From: Octopus bimaculoides
Lineage: Eukaryota
Assembly (NCBI RefSeq): GCF_001194135.2
Contig: NC_068982.1
Span: 939,644 to 989,571, forward strand
Direction of reading: 5' to 3'
DNA length: 49,928 nt
Below the pieces are notes generated by a model. That model did no database searches. It was not told the DNA's origin and saw only the letters and a program-made list of their open reading frames with translations. Below, piece by piece: positions 11,145-20,290 of this stretch (the stretch's first letter is position 1; each line of letters starts with the position of its first letter). The translations under genes were made by a program, and so were the position numbers.

Positions 11145-11244
11145 ATATCAGCCGAAACGTTGTGTTAACAACAAATAAGATGAGGACAAATATCCGTCAA
11201 ATGTAAATAATGTAGAATATTCAAGATTCTTAAATATAGAACTG
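11145..11244 (+). mobile_element. 5'-truncated copy of the hammerhead-SINE 3' body
   Basis: ATATCAGCCGAAACGTTGTGTTAACAACAAA...TTAAATATAGAACTG matches 7463-7560; the CTGANGA half is missing. Confidence 0.85.
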
Positions 11245-11529
11245 AACCTGTTTGTTGTTTGATATTTATAGGCATGTGTGTGTAGGTGTGTGTGTGTGTG
11301 TGGGGGGGGGTTTAGTAGTGGATGTTTAAACAAAGGATGAGCTTGTGAGAAGGTCGCTGCTTTAAAGCAGTTTGGGTGAAATCTTTGTCTAAAAAAGATC
11401 AGCTGTTCATTGATTTCTGTGTAACATCACGTAATTTCAGCTGTCTGCTGAAGAATGAGGCAAAGAACAAATGATTTCAGGTCTGGTTGTTTTGAGGATA
11501 AGTTTGTTAAAAAAATGTCTAGCTTTCTA

Positions 11530-11830
11530 TTAATTTCAATAAATTGTTGGTTTTAATTTGTCGTTGTACAGCTAGCAATGGGCACAATAGTAGCACCCTC
11601 ATATGCTAGCTTGTTCATTGGTTACTGAGAAGTAGAGAATCATATCAGGAAGTAGAGAATCATTTGGTTAAAATTTTAAAAAGTTCATTCTTGAGACATA
11701 GAAACACTTCCTGAATGACTGTTGCGGCTTTTACCCGAATCAAATGCCGAACTTCAAACACGTGACATTACGTACATCCTTTATCCAGCCATTACACTCA
11801 CAACAGAACCCAGTCAAAACGACCAGCCAG
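11530..11830 (+). mobile_element. Penelope-like element RT remnant
   Basis: AMGTIVAPSYASLFIGY* (about 11575-11628), KHFLNDC and LYPAITLTTE match the PLE motifs GTAMG..APSYANLFMG, RYLDD and LHP.IKFT.E; stops and frameshifts present. Confidence 0.75.
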
Positions 11831-12129
11831 ACTCCAGCTAACAAATGTGACAATAATATTTGAATTGCTGACATTCTAAAACAAACAGCTGACATCTCTC
11901 ATACGTAATTTTCCAGATTTTGTAAAATGCTAAGTGAATGAAAGTGCTAAAAGAGGTATGATGAATATGAAAATATTTCTCCAGCTTCTGATTATTTTTT
12001 ATTAATTCTTTACTCCTATGCATACATCTGCGTTTTAACGATTCTTGTATAATTCCCCTTCTGTTCATCCTGAGAAATTAATCTTATCCACTTCTCTCCA
12101 GTTTCTGCCTGTTTTATTCGGTATTAGTC

Positions 12130-12300
12130 ATTTGAAAATAATTTGTTCGTTCGCAGATGATTTAGAAATTCCAAGAGAAATATCTGATTATCTGATTACA
12201 GTGTCTGTTATGGATCAAGGGTGATTAGATAAACGGTGTATATAGCGTAAATTTTCGCTTGGTTTGTGGTAAGGAAAATTCCACATGCTGTTTTGGTCTA
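12130..12300 (+). mobile_element. Degraded CR1-group LINE RT remnant
   Basis: ICSFADDLEI...GKFHML resembles the FADD catalytic region through KFQ.L; contains several stops. Confidence 0.4.
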
Positions 12301-12524
12301 AAGTAGTGGTTCTCAAGTCATTCGATGATTAAAAATTATTAATGTATTTTTATAAATGTGTATTATTAGGAATTGTATAAAACAAAATTGTTAAAATATT
12401 GGGCGTATTGTAGAAGTATAACCATTTTATTGCACATAACATCAAAATCTTATATGGGTATCTAAAAATCATGTGTACCTCCATTTGAGGGCCACTGGAT
12501 TTATATTTTGGGGACTGAAAGAGA

Positions 12525-12790
12525 TGGAGAGTGATTTTAATTTCGAAAGGATCCAATTAGTCTCTTACGCTACCTTTCAAAGCCAGAAGGGTTATGGTTT
12601 TCAACAATTATTAAAGCATCGTCCCTATATAAACCTCCTCCGAATTTCTGGAAACTTTCCTTTAAGTTCAAACGGTATAAACAGGTTGACCAAATCTGTA
12701 ACTTGAGCTGAATCAAAAGATCTGTATCGATTGTCATTCCTTGATTTCCAGATGTAGATATTTGGTTCAATTTGAACAAATTTTTTCCCT
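12525..12790 (-). mobile_element. Penelope-like element RT remnant (LYRDD type)
   Basis: Minus frames SFDSAQVTDLVNLFI, then GGLYRDDALIIVEN, then IKIT, matching the GSFD.A...DLVGL.IL / GLYRDDGL / LKIT motif order. Confidence 0.75.
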
Positions 12791-13443
12791 TGCCGTGAGA
12801 ATTATATTCATCTCATCCCTGCCTAGCTTAGTGATTTTTAATGAGAATATTGAGAGATTTACTAAAAGCATAGGAAACGTGGAGGCGTAACAACTGTCGA
12901 TATTAAATTAGACGAATAACATTTTTAGATTTTCTTACTTCTTGTGCTATTAGAGTCCTTCAGTATTATCCCCGAGGTTGAGCTTAATTCTTTTATTGAT
13001 AAAAGGAATTATTCCATCCAAGCATTCAAAATATTTTTATGCTTCTTTCATTTATATTGAGTCTTAATCACTTATAACATCTTATTTCTGACAAGGCCTA
13101 TCTCATCCTGTTTATTTTTATAACTGTTCCTAGGACATGTTTTTAATCTTTTCGATTCAAGTTGATTTTCATTTTATTTCCCGGTACGGTCAGTTGACTT
13201 AACCAGCTGCATACCGTCATTTTGAAAAGTGGTTGCCCAGTCAGCTCCGGTTTCCACGAACATTTATAAATTATTGTATTGTTCTGAATTCTCACAGCTG
13301 TCTAATGAATAGTTACGTGAAATACTGAGTAACAGCTTGTGAAGCATTTTCAGCCTCAACAATATATGTATATATATATATATATAACAAATATATATAC
13401 ATACATATATAAAACAAATATATACATATACATACATACATAC

Positions 13444-13488
<45 letters not shown>

Positions 13489-13888
13489 NNNNNNNNNNNN
13501 NNNNNNNNNNNNNNNNNNNNNNNNNNNNNNNNNNNNNNNNNNNNNNNNNNNNNNNNNNNNNNNNNNNNNNNNNNNNNNNNNNNNNNNNNNNNNNNNNNNN
13601 NNNNNNNNNNNNNNNNNNNNNNNNNNNNNNNNNNNNNNNNNNNNNNNNNNNNNNNNNNNNNNNNNNNNNNNNNNNNNNNNNNNNNNNNNNNNNNNNNNNN
13701 NNNNNNNNNNNNNNNNNNNNNNNNNNNNNNNNNNNNNNNNNNNNNNNNNNNNNNNNNNNNNNNNNNNNNNNNNNNNNNNNNNNNNNNNNNNNNNNNNNNN
13801 NNNNNNNNNNNNNNNNNNNNNNNNNNNNNNNNNNNNNNNNNNNNNNNNNNNNNNNNNNNNNNNNNNNNNNNNNNNNNNNNNNNNNNNN
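13489..13888. other. Assembly gap (N-run) flanked by (TA)n
   Basis: Run of N. Confidence 1.
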
Positions 13889-13961
13889 ATATATATATAT
13901 ATACACGAGTGGAAAACATAACAAAGGGCAATCAACACATTTATTGGGAGTTACATGCATT

Positions 13962-14134
13962 ATTCGAAACAGTTTTATTCGGATTCCGCGTTCAAGTTTT
14001 GAAGCCCCAAACTTAGCCTTTCTCGTCAGGCAGTAAAAGTCCGATTGACCGGAGAAGTACAAGGATTCGAAGATGGCTACCAGTAGATGAGCTGCGATTG
14101 GTCGAGGAAGAAAACGGGATGCCACAATTAATAG
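13962..14134 (+). repeat. Unclassified repeat of about 170 bp; inverted partner at 14533-14710
   Basis: Shares GCCTTTCTCGTC, TGACCGGAGA and GTAGATG.GCTGCGATTGGTC.AGGAAG with the reverse complement of 14533-14710. Confidence 0.75.
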
Positions 14135-14374
14135 TGTGGCTAAGTGACAGCAATTACATGACTAAAAAAAATTCCTTTGGTCGTGTGGTTGGACAGGAAT
14201 TTGGTGACAACAGTGAGTTTGGATATGGAATGAGTGAGGCTTGTAAACATATGACCACAAGTGTGCGCGCGTGTATGTATAAGTTTATGTGCATGTGTAT
14301 GCGTGCGTTTGAGCAGGTCTACGTGCACGTGCATGTGTGCGTGCGCATTAATACGCACTGACACACACGTACAC

Positions 14375-14396
14375 GTGTGTGTGTGTGTGTGTGTGT

Positions 14397-14486
<90 letters not shown>

Positions 14487-14500
14487 TGCACACACACACA
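14375..14500. repeat. Compound self-complementary microsatellite (GT)n(TA)n(CA)n
   Basis: Directly visible in the sequence. Confidence 0.95.
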
Positions 14501-14532
14501 CTCATGTAACTGCTGCCGTTTACTTACCGATA

Positions 14533-14710
14533 CTATGAATCGTGACATCACGTGCCCTTCCTTGACCAATCGCAGCCCATCTACCGGCAGCTATTTTAGA
14601 CTTCCTGTACCTCTCCGGTCATTTGGATTCTTACCAGTGCGACGAGAAAGGCTCCGAAAGGAACTTCGAAACTTGGAGAGGCAAGGAATCTGAATCAAGC
14701 TGTTTTGAGC
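14533..14710 (-). repeat. Unclassified repeat of about 170 bp; inverted partner at 13962-14134
   Basis: See partner entry; roughly 70-75% identity by eye. Confidence 0.75.
14541..14610. promoter_or_regulatory. Promoter-like motif cluster (E-box, CCAAT, ETS) inside a repeat
   Basis: TCACGTG (14548-54), GACCAATCGC (CCAAT at 14566-70) and ACTTCCTGT (14600-08) within 70 bp; CpG-rich relative to flanks. Confidence 0.35.
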
Positions 14711-15155
14711 AATTGTGTGCGTGTGTGAGTGTGTGTATATTTTTCTATTGTTGTATAGCCGAAAGCTGCTGATAACGTTACAATCGTCCGATAGTCGAAA
14801 GACCCTTTCTGTTATTTCTTTATTCGTATTGTAATGTACTATTATTTTCTGTGCTTTTTGTATGCTTTGTTTTCGTTTTTATTTTGTTTCTGTATACATC
14901 CGTTTGCTTCTACCAGAGGCTCAATGCTTTTCGCTTAAATCCCTGGCACATTGCTAGATTCGAATAGTCTCGGTATTAAAGGGATGTGAAACTATAATTA
15001 CTTTCCAGAAACCGACCGATGAGGAAACTTGCTGCGAATGGTCTGTGTATCCTCGTTTGCTGTTTGTTATGTTATCGCTTATGTTTTCGTCTATTTTTCA
15101 GCATGTTTTGTTCGATTCCACTTATGTTCTCTTTGTCCTACCTTTGATTTATATA

Positions 15156-15405
15156 NNNNNNNNNNNNNNNNNNNNNNNNNNNNNNNNNNNNNNNNNNNNN
15201 NNNNNNNNNNNNNNNNNNNNNNNNNNNNNNNNNNNNNNNNNNNNNNNNNNNNNNNNNNNNNNNNNNNNNNNNNNNNNNNNNNNNNNNNNNNNNNNNNNNN
15301 NNNNNNNNNNNNNNNNNNNNNNNNNNNNNNNNNNNNNNNNNNNNNNNNNNNNNNNNNNNNNNNNNNNNNNNNNNNNNNNNNNNNNNNNNNNNNNNNNNNN
15401 NNNNN
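15156..15405. other. Assembly gap (N-run)
   Basis: Run of N. Confidence 1.
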
Positions 15406-15529
15406 CAAACATGTGGACTATGATCCATTTAGCAGTATTAAAGAAATACAGAAAACATCGGTTATTTGTAGCATTATATAATATATATAATTCTATGTGC
15501 GCTATCTGTATTTCATTATCGCTACATAT

Positions 15530-15585
<56 letters not shown>

Positions 15586-15944
15586 ATTAATGTATATACG
15601 TGTGTATAATAACGGAAACAGATGTGAAGAACAGCTTGTCCAGAAAAAAAAACTACATGATTTTAAATGTTGAACGATACAAGAAGTGAATATATCCTAA
15701 ATTCAAGAATCGATAATCATTGCTTCTATTCCATATTCTCTTAATTTTATGCAGAAACATTTTTAGCCAGAAAGTTTTAAACACATAAATTGCCATGCAT
15801 ACATCTACGACTTCTCCGGTAATACACTTGTAGGTTATTTCACCAACTGGCTGGCACGCTGCTTCTCTTTTTCTTTTTTCCTATCCACTTTCTAGGCTCA
15901 TTCTGAGGTTGTAATAACAAATTACATACAACGTCGATGTATGT

Positions 15945-16030
15945 ATTGGTCTCAAATTTTGGCACTAGGCCAGCAATTTGAAAGAGGGGGGTAAATCGAC
16001 CACATCGACCCCAGTGTTCAGTTGACTTCA
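15945..16030 (-). mobile_element. SINE family A, 3' half
   Basis: Reverse complement of the family A tail. Confidence 0.8.
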
Positions 16031-16054
16031 TGAAAGTCACAGATGGGGGGGGGG

Positions 16055-16740
16055 TGCGAACCTCACGGAAACGCCGATGCGCAGACAGTCGTTATCGAGC
16101 TGAGCCCAGCTGTGCAGTTTGGAGGCTGAGCGGAAACAGGCCAGATGGTGCTGGTTAAGTCGGCGCAAGAGATGATGCTACACTGCATGGTGTGTCGCTT
16201 CTTTTGAGAGGATCGGACGTCCACAGAGGAGAGAAGGAGATGAACATCAGCAGGGCGCAAGCCAAGCTGCTTCCATGTTGCATAGGCCACCTCACGTACC
16301 TCAATCACAGATGGCTCAGCTGTTGTGGAGAACCCTGTTGATGTGGATAAGAGGTCACCGTTGAAAGAAAAGCCGGCAAGGCCAATGAGATCAGAGATCG
16401 ACGTCTGAGTCCACTATATTTGATGGGTAGGGTGACATGCTGACATCCGGTGCCATTCAATTGAACGCTGCATATCTCTCCGGTGGCCCGTTCGAAACAG
16501 GCGTCGAAAACCGTAAGGAGAGATACGTGACTGTAACAAGGGGCACTGCGGAGGGTATAGACTTGCTCCAGCATGGCGAAGCAGTCCCTTAACAGGAACA
16601 GTGCTGGCTGGGCGTCGATCACGTTCAGTCTGTCCGTCAATCTCTCAAGCTGGCAAAGCTTAGACCTAAGGGTGGAGCGAATAGCAGGTGTGAGTATCAG
16701 CGAACCGAGGCTAAGGAGGTTCGCTTTTGAGGTCACCTGT
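16055..16740 (-). mobile_element. CRE-like non-LTR retrotransposon fragment (region C-terminal to RT)
   Basis: LERLTDRLNVIDAQPALFLLRDCFAM..VYTLRSAPC...VTLPIKYSGL.RRS..LALPAFLS, followed after frameshifts by LDNDCLRIGVSVRF; matches the CRE-clade pattern LLR.C...Y.LRS.PC..LP...GGLG.R...A.PAFL.S..LD....RIAV.LRLG. Confidence 0.75.
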
Positions 16741-17597
16741 ACCTACTACGCGATGAATTTTAATTCTGTGGGAGAGAGTGTTTTGTTTTAAATCTTACAC
16801 TGCATGATAGCCTTTTGTGAAATCTTGGTTCGTTCTCTCTTTCCGTCTCTTTGTTTATATATTTCCTGTAATTTATTTATTCCTTTGCTGAAATCTTCAC
16901 TTTTTCTGTTATCTTGGTTCATAAGATGAACAAGAATAAAAGAAACACCACTTCCCGTCTCTCTACATATGTTGCTGTATGTTTATAGAGGTTATTGATG
17001 CTAAAATGTATAAATATGTATATCGACGGAAAAATAAGAGAAATTATATAATCACAACTTAAAACTTAACTAAGTTTTTCAATATGATTTTTTATTTTTT
17101 GCTAGTACATCCCTAACATTTTTTATGATGTCGTTAAAATATAAACATCAGAGAAAACAAGTCTGCAATTCTTTTAATAAAAACAATTTTTTAATATTTC
17201 TTTTTTGTCATAGACATGTTTCACTTGATTTGAAGTGTATAAATATATATATATGTTGCGTTTGCATTTGGAAGCATTTGTTTGTTTTACTTAGTGATAA
17301 CTGAAAACTGCTATTTCAGTTCGAATTTATTTAAGATGAAATGCGATTGCAAATACATTTATACATTTCAAAGGCGATCGAAATATATATTATACAAAAC
17401 AAAACATATTGATACAAACACTTTAAATGCAAACGAAAGATATTTATATGCGAAACTAAACATATTCGTAAATTTTAAAAGCAAAGGAAAAACATTTATG
17501 ATATAAACAAAATATTTTTACGTTTCAAATGCGACTTTTTAGACTTTAACCAAGCGTGCGCTCAAATGCTTTGAGATTTACACATATGTACCTAACA

Positions 17598-17646
<49 letters not shown>

Positions 17647-17780
17647 CCACACAGACATATATAAATGGTTTCACACATTATCACCCTTGACGGAAATCTC
17701 TCACGTGTTTTCTGGTGGTATTTATAAATTATTCTTAACGGAACCTATTAAAATCCCTAGTTACTTCCAAAACAACCAGA

Positions 17781-17968
17781 AATTTTGGCACAAGGCCAGC
17801 AATTTGGGGATGGGGGTAAGTCTATAACATCGACAAGTGCTCGACTGGTACTTATTTTATCAATCCCGAAAGGCAAAATCGACCTCGGTGAAATTTGAAC
17901 TCAGAATGTAAATCCGGACAAAGTGCCGTTAAGCATACTGTCCGTTGTGCTAACGATTCTGCCAGTTC
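17781..17968 (-). mobile_element. SINE family A, tandem copy 1 of 4
   Basis: Reverse complement of the family A consensus. Confidence 0.85.
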
Positions 17969-17983
17969 TAATAAGAATGGCAA

Positions 17984-18180
17984 TTTCGAATTTTGGCTCA
18001 AGTCCCGCAATTTCGAAGGAGGGCGTAGTCGATTACGTCAAGTGCGGGACTTAACTGGTGCTTAAGTTATCGATCCCAGAAAGATAAAAGGCAAGGTCGA
18101 CCTTGGCGGAATTTGAACTCGGACGAAATATCACTAATCACTCTGCAGGCGTGCTAAAGATTCTGCTAGCTCGCTGCCTT
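17984..18180 (-). mobile_element. SINE family A, tandem copy 2 of 4
   Basis: As above. Confidence 0.85.
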
Positions 18181-18211
18181 AAACAATAATAATAATAATG
18201 ATGATAATAAC

Positions 18212-18419
18212 TGATTTCAAATCTTAGCACAAGGCCAGCAATTTCGGGAGAGGGGACAAGTCGATTACATCGACCCCAGTGCTCAACTAATACTTATCTT
18301 ATCGACTCCGAACGGATGAAAGGCAAAGTCGACCTTGGTGGCATTTGAACCCAAAACGTAAAGGACGGGCGGAATGGCGCCAACCTTTCCCCCAGCCTGC
18401 TGACAATTCTGCCAGCTCG
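18212..18419 (-). mobile_element. SINE family A, tandem copy 3 of 4
   Basis: As above. Confidence 0.85.
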
Positions 18420-18599
18420 GAAATTTGGCGCGAGGGGATAAGTCGGTAACATCAAAACCAGAGCTTGACTAGTACTTGTTTTATCGACCTCGAAAGGACG
18501 AAAGACAAAGTCGGCCACGGAGGAATTTGAACTCAGAACGTAAGGACAGACGAAATGATGCTAAGCATTTTGCTCGCCACACTAACGATTCTGCCAGCT
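18420..18599 (-). mobile_element. SINE family A, tandem copy 4 of 4
   Basis: As above. Confidence 0.85.
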
Positions 18600-18869
18600 A
18601 CTACTACTACTACTACTTCTACTACTACTACTACTACTACCATTATATAACTTCAATATTTGGTCGATTGAGGCAAATTTCTACTGCGCCACCTCCTACA
18701 CCTCCGTGTTGCTGGTGTGTGTGTGTGTGCAGCATTGTGTGGTCTTTACCGCTGTTGAGAGTGTGCGAACTCTTCCCGATACTGTATGTGTTAACTTGTT
18801 TTCCTTGAGATGTGGTGGAGTGTTAACTTGTTTTCCTTGAGGTATGGTATTATTATTGTTGTCGTGGTA

Positions 18870-18870
<1 letters not shown>

Positions 18871-18917
<47 letters not shown>

Positions 18918-18995
18918 TAGTCTTATTTTTATCACGTGCTTTCACTCCACCACCGAGCGCAGCTTTGTGTGCCTTGGTTATGTACTGTGGTTTGT
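18871..18995 (-). mobile_element. R4/Dong-like LINE 3' UTR with (TAA)n tail
   Basis: Near-identical to the 3' UTR of the element at 22972-23253 (CAGTAG..TTATTTTTAT.ACGTGCTTTCACT..ACCGAGCGCAGCT). Confidence 0.75.
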
Positions 18996-19200
18996 TACAT
19001 CAAGGGGAATATAAAGGTTTGCCTCCTTGGCATGGGCAGAATAATTAGGAAAGTATTAGATAACTGAAAAGAGTGGATAGGATGGTAACATAGGGTGCAA
19101 GTAGAAAGCCCGCTACATATGTAAGATTCCAGGAGCTCCAGCAAAACCTGCGATAAAGTGAAATAATAATAATAATAATAATAGATAATGATAATGATAA
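18996..19200 (+). mobile_element. R4/Dong-like LINE extreme 3' end
   Basis: KVCLLGMGRIIRKVLDN* (stop at 19065-67), then UTR and (TAA)n at 19162-19200. Confidence 0.7.
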
Positions 19201-19329
19201 TAGCCTTATTGGGCGCAGCGCACATCTTAACGAAAGTATTATCTGTCTGAGGTCCTTGTTGTGACTTGACAGATGACTGAAGACTCCCGTGCATTTTTAC
19301 CTACACTGTGTCACGAAGGAATAATAATG

Positions 19330-19378
<49 letters not shown>
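19198..19378 (+). mobile_element. R4/Dong-like LINE extreme 3' end
   Basis: IALLGAAHILTKVLSV* (stop at 19248-50), then UTR and (TAA)n at 19321-19378. Confidence 0.7.
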
Positions 19379-19379
<1 letters not shown>

Positions 19380-19759
19380 GGAGATCAACATATCATCATG
19401 AAAGAAAGAGAAAAAAGGTTGATAAAAATGGAGACCTGAGAATTGAGATCACTAAGATGTGGCAGCTACGAGAGTTGAACATGAAGGTTATCCTTATTGT
19501 CGTCGGAGCATTGGGCTCAATACCACCCAATTTGAAAAAAACATCTGAGAACCTTAGAAATACCCTACAATCTACGTGTATTGCAAAAGTCGGCATTACT
19601 TGGAACTGCACGTATATTGCGTAAAGTGCTGTCTGTCTGTTGTGACTTGACAAACAGTTCAAGCCTCCGGTAGACACAATAACTTTAATCAACAACCTCA
19701 CGATATTGTATTCTGTACGACATCTATGATGATGATGATGATGATGAGGATGATGATAA
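19379..19759 (+). mobile_element. R4/Dong-like LINE 3' end (RLE C-terminus)
   Basis: With frameshifts: KEREKVDK.GDLRIEITKMWQLRELNMKVILIVVGALGSIPPNLKKHLRTLEIPYNLRVLQKSALLGTARILRKVLSV; (GAT)n tail. Confidence 0.85.
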
Positions 19760-19867
19760 NNNNNNNNNNACACAATAACTTTAATCAACAACCTCACGAT
19801 ATTGTATTCTGTACGACATCTATGATGATGATGATGATGATGAGGATGATGATAATAACAATAACAA

Positions 19868-20232
19868 CATATCCAGCTGACAACAAGGTATGCGATAAGG
19901 AAGAAAAAAAAGTCGATAGATATGACAGGTTAGCTTGGGAGGTTAAGCAGTTGTTGTTACTGTAAAAGGTGGTAGTAGTACCAGTAATTGTCGGAGCCCT
20001 GGGAACAGTGAGTAAAAATCTTGAGAGATACATACAACAAATAGGAGCTGCAATAAGGATGGAGCACTTACAGAAAACAGCACTGCTTGGAAACGCTCTA
20101 ATACTCCAGATGGTGCTCAAAAAATAAGAGGTGTTACCTTAGTTCACTGGTAGTGAACAGCTAACACCGTAGTACATCTCCAGCGTTAGAAGCTGTGCAG
20201 AGACAATAAAATAATAATTATAATGATAATAA
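19868..20232 (+). mobile_element. R4/Dong-like LINE 3' end (RLE C-terminus)
   Basis: YPADNKVCDKEEKKVDRYDRLAWEVKQL..*KVVVVPVIVGALGTVSKNLERYIQQIGAAIRMEHLQKTALLGNALILQMVLKK*; (TAA)n tail at about 20207-20232. Confidence 0.85.
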
Positions 20233-20245
20233 TTCTCTTACTTAC

Positions 20246-20290
20246 CATCAAGGCGACGAAGATTCAGGGAAAGATTTGGGGGTGGGTAAT
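20246..20290 (-). CDS. Candidate 45-nt exon (DYPPPNLSLNLRRLD)
   Basis: Acceptor ACAATTTCAG and consensus donor G|GTAAGT; only one open frame, phase 1 to phase 1. Confidence 0.25.

Noticed and set aside
17781-18599. Regularly spaced repeats as a CRISPR-like array
   Set aside because: The units are diverged SINE copies of about 200 bp in eukaryotic DNA; there are no short identical repeats with unique spacers and no cas genes.
19674-19855. Exact 86-bp direct repeat (19674-19759 and 19770-19855)
   Set aside because: The copies flank a 10-N gap, which is typical of unmerged overlapping contig ends rather than a real duplication.
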